The notes beneath the pieces were generated by a model. That model saw only the letters and a program-made list of their open reading frames with translations, was not told where the DNA came from and did not search any database. From Bacteroidota bacterium (lineage in GTDB: Bacteria > Bacteroidota > Bacteroidia > Chitinophagales > Chitinophagaceae), in contig JAUZOD010000012.1 in NCBI GenBank assembly GCA_030706635.1, positions 15,477 to 79,476 on the forward strand: 64,000 nucleotides of DNA, given 5' to 3'. Below, one piece after another: positions 55,712-64,000 of the stretch (position 1 is the first letter of the stretch; each line of letters opens with the position of its first letter). A program made the position numbers and the translations under genes.

Positions 55712-56347
55712 TCAGTTATTATTCTTGAAATCACCCCGTTTCCAGGCCTGGATAAAATCTGCCCAGGCAAGCGGATTGAATATATTCTGCGGAGGGTTTT
55801 GCCCCTGATAATAATATTTGGTTGCACTTTGTTTGAGGTAAAGATTAGCTGCTTCTCGGGCATCGGCGGGCAGACCCCTGGAAAGCACCCTTCGTTTTAC
55901 CGCATCATTGTTTTGCCGGGCAATCTCAATCTCATCGTCCGGAACTCTTGTATTTACAAAATCCCTTTCAAATTGCTCCCGGGTGGGCCTTGGCTTGATA
56001 ATCGTTGCTGGAAGGTACATGGTGTCCGTAACCATCAGTTGGATTATACTCCATTGGTTCCCTTCCAGGTTTTTGGGGATCTGAACAAGTTTGGGTTTAT
56101 AGCCGATGCTGCTGAACTCGATTTCATCCCCTTTCATCACTACAATAGAAAATACACCCTGATCGTTGGAAAAAGTTCCCCGGTGCTGGCCCTTCACCAC
56201 AATACTCACGGACGGGATTCCCTGAAGACTATCGGCGGTCATTACCACCCCATAAAACTGAACAACTGAGTCCTTTAATTTGTCAAACTGCGCATGCAGG
56301 GTGCAGGGCACAGACAGTATGATGAGATATAGCAGATATTTCTTCAA
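55712..56347 (-). CDS. carboxypeptidase-regulatory-like domain protein (secreted)
   Basis: Apparent TTG start. It has a signal peptide and a CarboxypepD_reg-like block YGVVMTADSLQGIPSVSIVVKGQHRGTFSNDQGVFSIVVMKGDEIEFSSIGYK. Confidence 0.65.
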   Translation of the reverse strand: MKKYLLYLIILSVPCTLHAQFDKLKDSVVQFYGVVMTADSLQGIPSVSIVVKGQHRGTFSNDQGVFSIVVMKGDEIEFSSIGYKPKLVQIPKNLEGNQWSIIQLMVTDTMYLPATIIKPRPTREQFERDFVNTRVPDDEIEIARQNNDAVKRRVLSRGLPADAREAANLYLKQSATKYYYQGQNPPQNIFNPLAWADFIQAWKRGDFKNNN

Positions 56348-56355
56348 AATGGAGC

Positions 56356-56363
56356 CAAAAATA
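56356..56363 (-). promoter_or_regulatory. putative -7 box for the 55712-56347/folC operon
   Basis: Minus strand TATTTTTG, 9 nt before the TTG start. Confidence 0.3.
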
Positions 56364-56409
56364 AAGTTTATAAACCGTAAATCGTAAACAAATTAAGGCG
56401 GCGATCGAC

Positions 56410-56417
56410 TAATTTTG
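56410..56417 (+). promoter_or_regulatory. putative -7 box for mrp
   Basis: TAATTTTG, 34 nt upstream of the ATG at 56452. Confidence 0.4.
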
Positions 56418-56451
56418 CGGACTGTTTCAACTTTTTAACAAATAATTGCGC

Positions 56452-57546
56452 ATGTCTGTTGAAAAAATGTTAGAAGCTTTGAGTACCGTGCAGGAACCGG
56501 ACCTGGGAAAGGATTTGGTGACCCTGAATATGGTCAGTGAGCTAAGGATTGAGGGCAACCAGGTTTCTTTTACGGTTACATTGACCACGCCGGCCTGTCC
56601 CCTGAAAGACCGGATAAAAAATGACTGTATCCGGGCCATTCATGTCGCGAATCCCGAAGCGGTTGTTCTCGTTAATTTCACTTCGCATATCAATTCCAAA
56701 CGAACCGATCCCGCAGCGGTTCTTCCGAATGTAAAGAATATTATTGCCGTGGTCAGCGGAAAAGGTGGTGTGGGAAAAAGTACGGTGGCGTCTAATTTTG
56801 CGCTTTCCCTGGCCGCAGATGGGGCGAAGGTGGGGCTAATGGATGCCGATATCTATGGACCCAGTTTACCCATCATGTTTGGGGTAAGGGGCGAACGGCC
56901 CATGATGAAAAACGTTAACGGCAAGGGCATGATCCTGCCCCTGGAAAAGTATGGCATCCGTATCATGAGTATTGGACTGCTCATTGATGAAAAAAATGCT
57001 GTCGTATGGCGCGGGCCCATGGTAAGCAGTGCAATCAAGCAATTTGTTTCCGAAGTATTCTGGGATGAACTGGATTACCTGGTGGTGGATATGCCGCCGG
57101 GCACGGGAGATATTCACCTTACGCTGATGCAGTCTGTTCCTGTCACCGGTGTGATTGTGGTCACTACGCCCCAGGATGTAGCACTGGCTGATGCAAAAAA
57201 AGCCATTGCCATGTTTGCGCAGGCGCAATTAAAGGCGCCCATCATCGGTCTTGTGGAAAATATGAGCTATTTTATACCTTCAGAATCGCCGGAGCAGAAA
57301 TATTATATTTTTGGTAAGGAAGGAGGAAAAAGACTGGCTGAAGAATATGATATTCCTTTTCTCGGTCAGATCCCATTGATTCAGCGCATACGGGAGGGTG
57401 GAGATGAAGGAAAGCCTGTTGTGCTGGGAAATGATGAAGCAGCCCGCAAGGCATTTAGTGATTTTGCCGGGAATGCTGCCCGAAGCATCGCCATGATCAA
57501 CGCCAATATTTCCCCGGAGAGAAGGGCGGAGGTGGTGTTGGGGTAG
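56452..57546 (+). CDS. mrp: Mrp/NBP35 (ApbC) family iron-sulfur cluster carrier ATPase
   Basis: I take the start at the ATG at 56452 (MSVEKMLEAL); the track uses TTG 56446. It has a DUF59-like N-terminus, the deviant Walker A VSGKGGVGKST, and the region VENMSYF. Confidence 0.92.
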   Translation: MSVEKMLEALSTVQEPDLGKDLVTLNMVSELRIEGNQVSFTVTLTTPACPLKDRIKNDCIRAIHVANPEAVVLVNFTSHINSKRTDPAAVLPNVKNIIAVVSGKGGVGKSTVASNFALSLAADGAKVGLMDADIYGPSLPIMFGVRGERPMMKNVNGKGMILPLEKYGIRIMSIGLLIDEKNAVVWRGPMVSSAIKQFVSEVFWDELDYLVVDMPPGTGDIHLTLMQSVPVTGVIVVTTPQDVALADAKKAIAMFAQAQLKAPIIGLVENMSYFIPSESPEQKYYIFGKEGGKRLAEEYDIPFLGQIPLIQRIREGGDEGKPVVLGNDEAARKAFSDFAGNAARSIAMINANISPERRAEVVLG

Positions 57547-57567
57547 GTTCTTTTATTTTTACTTCCC

Positions 57568-58197
57568 ATGTATAACATCCCTTATTTCAAGGCAGAGCAT
57601 CCGCACGAGGTGATCCAGTTCGTAAAGGATCATCCTTTCGCCGTGCTCTGTGGCGCTGATGAAAAGGCGATTCCGGTGGCTACACATCTTCCGCTTTTGC
57701 TGGAAGAAAGGGAAGACAACAAATTATTTCTGCAGGGACATTCCATGCGGAAGCAGGATCACACCAATGCTTTCTGCCAAAACCCTGAAGTGCTGGCCAT
57801 ATTTTCCGATGCCCATGCTTACGTAAGTGCCAGCTGGTATCAAAATAAAGCGGTCGCCAGTACCTGGAATTATCAGGCTGTTCATGTGAGCGGTCGTCTC
57901 CGTTTTCTGGATGATGCCGGACTCTATGATGTGCTGACCCGCCTGACAAAAATGTTTGAAGTAAATGATTCTCCATCCCTCGTTGAACATCTGGATCCGG
58001 AATATGTAAGCCGGATGATGAAGGCCATTGTGGCTTTCGAAATAGAAATAAGCAAGGTTGAGCACGTTTTCAAGCTCAGCCAGAACCGGGACGAGGATTC
58101 ATATAAAAATATTATAAGCCATCTCCGGGAGCAGGATGCCGGTGCGCAGCAGATCGCTAAAATAATGGAAGAAAAAAAGAAAGACAATTTACCATGA
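57568..58197 (+). CDS. FMN-binding negative transcriptional regulator (PaiB family)
   Basis: MYNIPYFKAEHPHEVIQFVKDHPFAVL...FKLSQNR. Confidence 0.8.
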   Translation: MYNIPYFKAEHPHEVIQFVKDHPFAVLCGADEKAIPVATHLPLLLEEREDNKLFLQGHSMRKQDHTNAFCQNPEVLAIFSDAHAYVSASWYQNKAVASTWNYQAVHVSGRLRFLDDAGLYDVLTRLTKMFEVNDSPSLVEHLDPEYVSRMMKAIVAFEIEISKVEHVFKLSQNRDEDSYKNIISHLREQDAGAQQIAKIMEEKKKDNLP

Positions 58198-59009
58198 ACC
58201 GGAAGCAGCTTGTCAGCCAGATCCTGCAAAAGAGAAATTATTTGTGTGTCGGCCTGGACACAGACCCGGCCCGGGTGCCTGCGTTTCTGAAATCCTTTGC
58301 CGACCCGGTTTTTGAATTCAATAAACGGATTATTTCCGCAACCCGCGAATTTTGTATCGGTTATAAGATCAACACGGCATTTTATGAGGCGCAGGGTTCC
58401 CGGGGATGGGAGACTCTTCAAAAAACCGTGGATTGTATTCCTTCCGCTCATTTTAAGATCGCAGATGCCAAACGCGGAGATATCGGAAACACGTCTGCCC
58501 AATATGCTAAAGCCTTTTTTGAAACCCTGCAGTTTGATGCCGTTACGGTAGCCCCTTATATGGGTGAGGACAGCGTAAGACCTTTTCTGGAATACAAGGA
58601 TAAATGGACTATCCTGCTGGCGCTTACATCCAATACGGGTGCCCGGGATTTTGAGCTGCAGCCACAAGGCGATCGCCTGTTATATGAAAATGTACTGACC
58701 AAAGCCTCTCAGTGGGGTACAACCGAAAATCTGATGTTTGTCGTTGGTGCCACCAGGGGCGACTGGTTCAGCAGGATAAGAGCATTAACACCGGATCATT
58801 TTTATCTGGTTCCCGGTGTGGGCGCCCAGGGTGGCAGTCTGAAAGAGATCTCGGAAAAAGGACTCAATGCCCATGGTGGTCTTCTGGTTAATGCAAGCCG
58901 CGCCATCATCTATGCTTCGCCCGGGGAAGACTTTGAAGAAAAAGCAGGAAAAGCTGCTTCTGACTATGCTGATGAAATGAGTGAATATCTGAAAATGGCC
59001 GGCTTGTAA
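58194..59009 (+). CDS. pyrF: orotidine-5'-phosphate decarboxylase (type 2)
   Basis: Contains LCVGLDTD and FKIADAKRGDIGNT. It has a 4-nt ATGA overlap with the upstream gene. Confidence 0.92.
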   Translation: MNRKQLVSQILQKRNYLCVGLDTDPARVPAFLKSFADPVFEFNKRIISATREFCIGYKINTAFYEAQGSRGWETLQKTVDCIPSAHFKIADAKRGDIGNTSAQYAKAFFETLQFDAVTVAPYMGEDSVRPFLEYKDKWTILLALTSNTGARDFELQPQGDRLLYENVLTKASQWGTTENLMFVVGATRGDWFSRIRALTPDHFYLVPGVGAQGGSLKEISEKGLNAHGGLLVNASRAIIYASPGEDFEEKAGKAASDYADEMSEYLKMAGL

Positions 59010-59011
59010 AA

Positions 59012-59040
59012 CAAAAGCATCCGGTATGAGGATGCTTTTG
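59012..59040. terminator. bidirectional hairpin terminator
   Basis: A perfect 11-bp stem caaaagcatcc / ggatgcttttg with a 7-nt loop. It lies between convergent genes. Confidence 0.75.
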
Positions 59041-59058
59041 CCTTAACATCGGGACAGA

Positions 59059-60129
59059 TCAAAGATTCACATTGTCCGAATCGTCATCCTTATCGTTTTT
59101 GTTGTCTTTGTCTTTGTTCTTGTTTTTATGTTTATTTTTCCCATTATCATTACCGTTATCCATCGAATCGTTTTTGTCGTCCTCCGGATCTCCTGCATTC
59201 GACAGGCGGATCTTTCCAAAACTGCTCTTGATTCTGATCTTGGCCTCACCATTTCCTGAGCTGCCAGAGTAGTCGTTATCAAATTTTGGTCCCATGTTAT
59301 CATCTTCCTTTTCTTTGGAAACATTGATCCGGGAACTGTTATGGAAACTTCCGAAGTTCGTATGCACCTGAAAGCTGGCAGACAGATTTTCCGGAACATT
59401 CAGGCGCACATTGGAATAAGATTCAAAGAGGTTAAGATCTTTCAGATCATGATCCACGGTAAATTCAACATTGTTGCAGAATTCTATATGGACCTTGGCA
59501 TTTCCGCTGATGTTCTTGATGAAGGAGTTGCTATTGAACTTAAGTGTCACATCAGGATTGATCACCGAACCGATGTCCGCTTTGCCGAATTCTACATGCA
59601 GGGTCTTTGCATTGGTAAGACTGCCGGCATGCAGTTCGCCGAATTTACTGGTGAGGCTCACGGGCCCCGTAAAGTTGCCGATATTAATCTTCCCGAAGCT
59701 GTTCTCGACACTGAGCGGATTCCCTGAAGGCATGGTGATTTTGTAGTCTACATAAAACCGCCGCTGATCACCGCCCCGGTTATTTTTACCATTCCCCATA
59801 TTGCCCACTTCCGTTTTAAAAGAAATATTATTTCCATCTTTCCTGTCGGTCACGGTAAGCGCGTCCAGCATTCTCTGGGCCTTGTCGTCTGTTGGGGCGT
59901 TCACCCCGATCACGATATCCACCTGGATCTCGTTTTTTTCCCAGGTGCTTACCGCCACATCTCCGAAAGAATTTTCAATGGACAATTTGTCTTCTGCGGA
60001 AACAGTATAGGATTTACTGATGTTTTTCTTCTTCTCCACATTGTCGCCATCGGTTGCGATGCTGAAAAAGGGGATCAGCAGAAAGCTCAGTATGGTAAAG
60101 AGTTTAAACGGATTTATATGCTTTTTCAT
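59059..60129 (-). CDS. DUF4097-like (putative adhesin beta-solenoid) protein with K/D/N-rich tail
   Basis: It has a signal peptide. The motif xFG.h.h is repeated (SFGDVAV, SFGKINI, KFGELHA, EFGKADI, NFGSFHN, SFGKIRL). The C-terminus is DNGKNKHKNKNKDKDNKNDKDDDSDN. Confidence 0.6.
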   Translation of the reverse strand: MKKHINPFKLFTILSFLLIPFFSIATDGDNVEKKKNISKSYTVSAEDKLSIENSFGDVAVSTWEKNEIQVDIVIGVNAPTDDKAQRMLDALTVTDRKDGNNISFKTEVGNMGNGKNNRGGDQRRFYVDYKITMPSGNPLSVENSFGKINIGNFTGPVSLTSKFGELHAGSLTNAKTLHVEFGKADIGSVINPDVTLKFNSNSFIKNISGNAKVHIEFCNNVEFTVDHDLKDLNLFESYSNVRLNVPENLSASFQVHTNFGSFHNSSRINVSKEKEDDNMGPKFDNDYSGSSGNGEAKIRIKSSFGKIRLSNAGDPEDDKNDSMDNGNDNGKNKHKNKNKDKDNKNDKDDDSDNVNL

Positions 60130-60832
60130 ATGCTGCTTTTTTGGAATGCTTGATTTGTTTAATAATGTTCAATTGTTTATTCAATAATCCGATCTGGAGC
60201 TGCAGGTTTGAAATCATGGCCTCAATAACCTGTTCCCGGTTCGAGTTTTCAGGAAGCTTTGTTTTTAATGTCTGGTAAACGCTGTCCAGCTTTTTTACAT
60301 CCCCTGAAAACTTTTTGTACAGCAGGGGCTCGTCTTTTTGTAAGGTCTTTAGCTCATTATGTTTGATCTCTACGAGGCGGGCATAATGATACATCTCCTC
60401 GTTATAGTCTGCTTCTTCGGGCGTAACAGGTTCTGCGGACTTCAGCTCTCCGGAATTTTTTGTTCCGGCAGCTTGTGTCTGCGCCAATTCCGGATGCGTT
60501 GGAGCCGTTGACCCGGCAGGTTCCGTTTCTTTAGGTTGTTCTTTTACAGTGGACTCCGGGGGAATGACTTTTGTCGCCAGCACCTGAGCCGGGATTGTTT
60601 TATGAAGGGAGAAATAAATCCATCCGCCAACGCAGACCAACACCACTGCTGCAGCAGCGGAAAGCCAGCGTTTAAAGGGCAGGGAACGAACGGGCGTTTC
60701 TTTCTTCTCTTCTTTCGGATCTGCCCCGGGTTGCACGCGATCCCGGATCTTATCCCATAGTTCAGGGGATGGCGATTCATCGTCGAACTGATCCCGGTGA
60801 TCCTGCACAAACTTTTCTAAACGGCTGGTCAT
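60104..60832 (-). CDS. putative anti-sigma factor (single-pass membrane protein)
   Basis: It has a 4-nt overlap with the upstream ECF sigma gene. There is one central TM (WLSAAAAVVLVCVGGWIYF) and a cytoplasmic N-terminus. Function is inferred from context. Confidence 0.55.
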   Translation of the reverse strand: MTSRLEKFVQDHRDQFDDESPSPELWDKIRDRVQPGADPKEEKKETPVRSLPFKRWLSAAAAVVLVCVGGWIYFSLHKTIPAQVLATKVIPPESTVKEQPKETEPAGSTAPTHPELAQTQAAGTKNSGELKSAEPVTPEEADYNEEMYHYARLVEIKHNELKTLQKDEPLLYKKFSGDVKKLDSVYQTLKTKLPENSNREQVIEAMISNLQLQIGLLNKQLNIIKQIKHSKKAAYEKAYKSV

Positions 60833-61389
60833 GATAAGCCTCCCTGTTTTATATATTGTAATAATTTTTGCCTGGCGCGCATATATTGTGTTCTGACGGT
60901 TACATGGGATACCTGCAGGATTTCCGCGATCTCTTCCTGATCGTATCCTTCAAAAAGATGAAGGGTTAATACCGTCCGGTAACCGTTGGGTAATTCCCGC
61001 ACCGCTTTTTTTATTTCCTCCACTTTCAGCTGTATTTCATTTTCATCTTCCACTTCTTCCTCCGGCAAATGCCCCACCGTAGTTTTTTCCATATCAATGA
61101 TGGTCACTTTTCTTATTCTCAGGGCATTGATGGACTTGTTGATCACAATCCTCTTGAGCCAGGCGCCAAAAGTAGATTTGTAAGCAAAACTTCCGATGGC
61201 GGCGAATGCATCACAAAAAGACTCCTGCAATACGTCTTCAGCGTCTCCGCTGTTGTTCATAATACGCAGACTCGTATTATACATCGCTCTGGAATATTTC
61301 TGATACAACTCGCTGTAACTTCTCGGATCACCGCGCCTGCAGCGTTCCACCAGCTCGTCTCTTTGTATCGGCGCCGTTAACTCCAACAA
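60829..61389 (-). CDS. RNA polymerase ECF-type sigma-70 factor
   Basis: Region 2 is DAEDVLQESFCDAF and region 4 is EIAEILQVSHVTVRTQYMRARQKL. The start is apparently TTG, with no ATG available. Confidence 0.88.
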   Translation of the reverse strand: MLELTAPIQRDELVERCRRGDPRSYSELYQKYSRAMYNTSLRIMNNSGDAEDVLQESFCDAFAAIGSFAYKSTFGAWLKRIVINKSINALRIRKVTIIDMEKTTVGHLPEEEVEDENEIQLKVEEIKKAVRELPNGYRTVLTLHLFEGYDQEEIAEILQVSHVTVRTQYMRARQKLLQYIKQGGLS

Positions 61390-61609
61390 GTTTGGTTTTG
61401 TTCTTTATTATAAATACACAAAGAAAAGCAGGATGTTGCATCTCTTTGCAAATGCGTTGGATGAAGATCGGCAGTCGGCAACGACGCTGGCCGCAAGTGG
61501 TTTGTAATCACTTGTTTACAACTTTTCATTTATTGCAAATGAGGGAATAGGGCCCGTTTTGTCCAATGCTTGCCGTCATTGTTTATTTTCGCATCCAACA
61601 CGTTTAACC

Positions 61610-62794
61610 ATGGCCTCCAAAACAGATGTTTTCCAAAGTCCTGATTATTTCCAGGTGGATGACCTACTTACTGAAGAACATAAGCTGATCAGGGAATCTG
61701 TCAGGGCTTATGTGAAAAAGGAAATCAGTCCCATCATAGAGGACTATGCCCAGCGCGCGGAATTTCCGGAACATATTGTGCGGCAATTGGGTGAGCTGGG
61801 TTGCTTTGGTCCAACCATTCCGGAAACCTATGGTGGCGGCGGACTTGATTATATTAGTTACGGGCTGATGATGCAGGAGCTGGAAAGAGGAGACAGCGGT
61901 GTGCGTTCCACGGCGTCTGTGCAGGGTTCGCTGGTGATGTTTCCGATCCACGCATACGGTACAGAAGAGATCAGAAGAAAGTTTCTTCCGAAGCTGGCCT
62001 CCGGTGAATGGCTGGGTTGTTTTGGGCTTACGGAACCCGATCATGGATCAAACCCTGGCGGCATGCTGACCAATTTTAAAGATGCGGGTGATCATGTGAT
62101 TCTGAACGGAAGTAAAATGTGGATCAGCAATGCACCATTTGCCCAGGTGGCCGTTGTATGGGCTAAAGATGAAACCGGGGAGATCCGGGGACTCATTGTA
62201 GAGCGCGGCATGGAAGGATTCACCACGCCGACCACCCATGGCAAATGGAGCCTTCGGGCCTCTGCTACCGGTGAACTGGTTTTTGATCATGTAAAAGTGC
62301 CTAAGGCGAACCTTTTTCCGGATATCCGGGGGTTGAAAGGTCCCCTGAGTTGCCTCACCAAAGCCCGTTTCGGAATTGCCTGGGGCTCGGTGGGCGCTGC
62401 CATGGATTGTTATGATATTGCTCTCCGGTACAGTAAGGAAAGGATACAATTTGACCGGCCCATTGGCGGGTTTCAGCTGCAGCAGAAAAAACTGGCCGAA
62501 ATGATCACGGAAATTACAAAGGCGCAGATCATGAACTGGCGGTTGGGCGTATTAATGAACGAGAACAGGGCGACCCCGGCGCAGGTTTCCATGGCCAAAC
62601 GCAACGGCTGCGAAATTGCAGCGAATATTACCCGCGATGCACGTCAGATTCTGGGAGGAATGGGCATTACGGGAGAATATCCGGTGATGCGCCACATGAT
62701 GAATATGGAGAGCGTCCTCACGTATGAAGGAACACACGATGTTCATCTGCTGATTACAGGGATGGATGTGACGGGACTGAATGCTTTTAAATAA
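61610..62794 (+). CDS. acyl-CoA dehydrogenase (glutaryl-CoA dehydrogenase-like)
   Basis: I take the start at MASKTDVFQSPDYFQVDDLLTEEHK; the track ORF start is 61559. Contains GCFGLTEPDHGSNPGGM, and a C-terminal YEGTHDVH. Confidence 0.88.
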   Translation: MASKTDVFQSPDYFQVDDLLTEEHKLIRESVRAYVKKEISPIIEDYAQRAEFPEHIVRQLGELGCFGPTIPETYGGGGLDYISYGLMMQELERGDSGVRSTASVQGSLVMFPIHAYGTEEIRRKFLPKLASGEWLGCFGLTEPDHGSNPGGMLTNFKDAGDHVILNGSKMWISNAPFAQVAVVWAKDETGEIRGLIVERGMEGFTTPTTHGKWSLRASATGELVFDHVKVPKANLFPDIRGLKGPLSCLTKARFGIAWGSVGAAMDCYDIALRYSKERIQFDRPIGGFQLQQKKLAEMITEITKAQIMNWRLGVLMNENRATPAQVSMAKRNGCEIAANITRDARQILGGMGITGEYPVMRHMMNMESVLTYEGTHDVHLLITGMDVTGLNAFK

Positions 62795-62869
62795 TGTGAT
62801 AATGTGAAAATGTGGGAATGTGTAAATTTCCTCATCTTCACATTTACACATTTTCACATTTACACATTA
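62792..62869. repeat. array palindrome, class I
   Basis: The left arm (62792-62822) and right arm (62839-62869) are complementary at 27 of 31 positions (AAATGTGN / CACATTTN octamers). The element overlaps the TAA at 62792-62794 and ends 3 nt before the aroK ATG. Confidence 0.85.
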
Positions 62870-62872
62870 ACG

Positions 62873-63373
62873 ATGCGCATATTTCTGATCGGCTTCATGG
62901 GTTCCGGTAAAACATTTTGGGGAACGAAGATTGCCGAATCACTGCAGATTCCATTTTACGACCTGGATGCGGTAATTGTAGGAGAGCTGGAAATGACCAT
63001 TCCGGAGATTTTTAAAATTAAGGGGGAAGAATTTTTCCGGTATAAGGAAAAGCAGGTGCTGGAAGAGCTGGTGGCCAAAAAAGAAAGTTTTGTTCTATCC
63101 TCCGGTGGCGGAACACCTTGCTTTTTCAACAACATCAAATTCATGAAGCGTCATGGAAAAGTGGTCTGGCTGAATACTTCTACCCAGGTGCTTCAGCAAA
63201 GACTGATGAAAGAACGTTTAACGCGACCCCTCTTGCGGGATATTTCGGAGCCGGAACTGCATACCTATATTGTTCGGAAACTCGGCGAGCGGAAAATGTA
63301 TTACGAGCAGGCAGATGTTACGGTTCGGGAAGATGAGTTATTGCTTGAACCGTTAATTTCGTTATTAAAGTAA
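62873..63373 (+). CDS. aroK: shikimate kinase
   Basis: I take the start at MRIFLIGFMGSGKTFWG, which carries the Walker A motif. The track ORF start at 62804 reads through the palindrome. Confidence 0.88.
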   Translation: MRIFLIGFMGSGKTFWGTKIAESLQIPFYDLDAVIVGELEMTIPEIFKIKGEEFFRYKEKQVLEELVAKKESFVLSSGGGTPCFFNNIKFMKRHGKVVWLNTSTQVLQQRLMKERLTRPLLRDISEPELHTYIVRKLGERKMYYEQADVTVREDELLLEPLISLLK

Positions 63374-63395
63374 ACGATATAAAGGCAATGTAACC

Positions 63396-63791
63396 ATGAA
63401 TAAACTCTTTTTAGTATTTGCCGCCATCGCTGGTGGCATAGCCGTTATTTTAGGTGCACTGGTTACCCACCAGCTCCGTCAGCGTATGCCGGAGAATGCA
63501 CTGGAAGTTTTTGAAACAGGCGTCAGGTATCAGTTTTATCATGTATTTGCTCTGCTGGCTACAGGTATTCTCAGCGAACGGTTTCCGGGAAAATGGATGA
63601 ACCGTGCAGGAAGCTGTTTTATCGGGGGAACTTTGCTCTTCTCCGGATCGTTATATATGATCTCTTCGCTGCTTTCCGTAGGAACCTCGATCCCCATGAG
63701 TTTGGGCGTTCTGACGCCTGTTGGCGGATCGCTTTTTATTCTGGGTTGGATCTTTTTCAGCGTCGCCATATTGAAAGGACGTTCGTCCTGA
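63396..63791 (+). CDS. DUF423 family small membrane protein
   Basis: 131 aa with four hydrophobic helices. The sequence (AIAGGIAVILGALVTHQL...YQFYHVFALL) resembles DUF423. Confidence 0.6.
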   Translation: MNKLFLVFAAIAGGIAVILGALVTHQLRQRMPENALEVFETGVRYQFYHVFALLATGILSERFPGKWMNRAGSCFIGGTLLFSGSLYMISSLLSVGTSIPMSLGVLTPVGGSLFILGWIFFSVAILKGRSS

Positions 63792-63810
63792 GTTTCTTAT
63801 CTTTGCCGCC

Positions 63811-64000
63811 ATGGCTCAGCGTTCTAAATCGAAGAAAAACCAATCCTCCGGACCGGCCTCTCTGAAGAGCGAAAAGGAAGCTAAACTGACCGTTTCCCAG
63901 GTTATTCGCGATGAGCGGACCCATAAAATCACTGGCGCGGTTTTCCTGTTGATCTCCATTTTTCTTTTTATTGCGTTTACTTCTTATCTGTTTACCTGGC
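63811..64000 (+). CDS. ftsK: DNA translocase FtsK, N-terminal fragment (runs off window end)
   Basis: Hand translation gives MAQRSKSKKNQSSGPASLKSEKEAKLTVSQVIRDERTHKITGAVFLLISIFLFIAFTSYLFTW... A basic N-terminus followed by a TM helix ending SYLFTW is typical of Bacteroidota FtsK. It is a fragment only. Confidence 0.5.
   Translation, partial: MAQRSKSKKNQSSGPASLKSEKEAKLTVSQVIRDERTHKITGAVFLLISIFLFIAFTSYLFTW

Noticed and set aside
2688-62869. CRISPR array or MITE/IS interpretation of the repeated intergenic elements
   Set aside because: The repeat period is 7-8 nt with no unique spacers, and there are no cas genes, so this is not CRISPR. I saw no target-site duplications flanking the arms and no transposase in the window, so a MITE origin is unsupported here. 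It cannot be excluded without the whole genome.

Overview
This 64-kb window looks like a core chromosomal segment of a Bacteroidota genome, probably Chitinophagia- or Sphingobacteriia-like. That placement is an inference from three things: the rpmB-rpmG-DUF4295-ftsY cluster, bshC, and TAnnTTTG-type promoter boxes. I support about 57 protein genes and one tRNA-His. Nearly all are housekeeping or envelope functions: topA, ppk1-ppx, purK-purE, lysC, folC, pyrF, aroK, rimO, lepB, cdd, panB, pdhB, nhaA, several peptidases and several outer-membrane proteins. I found no transposase, integrase, CRISPR array, phage genes or recognisable defence or secretion island, and no convincing novel multi-gene protein system. 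The signal the genes do not explain is non-coding. (1) Eight intergenic palindromes have arms built from 7- or 8-nt tandem arrays. They fall into three sequence classes, and one class has a conserved apex and a covarying mini-hairpin. Most sit flush against stop codons, but two lie in divergent 5' regions, and all eight have the G/T-rich arm first on the + strand. (2) A roughly 92-bp T/G-rich, GGA-dense tandem repeat lies upstream of pdhB. (3) Three convergent gene pairs each overlap by exactly 20 nt. Lower-interest items are a sigma-54 activator with no DNA-binding domain, a Tat-signal Nif3-like gene coupled to purEK, an ABC ATPase with no permease, and several conserved-unknown gene pairs. 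All calls come from reading the sequence and ORF track by eye. No database search was run.
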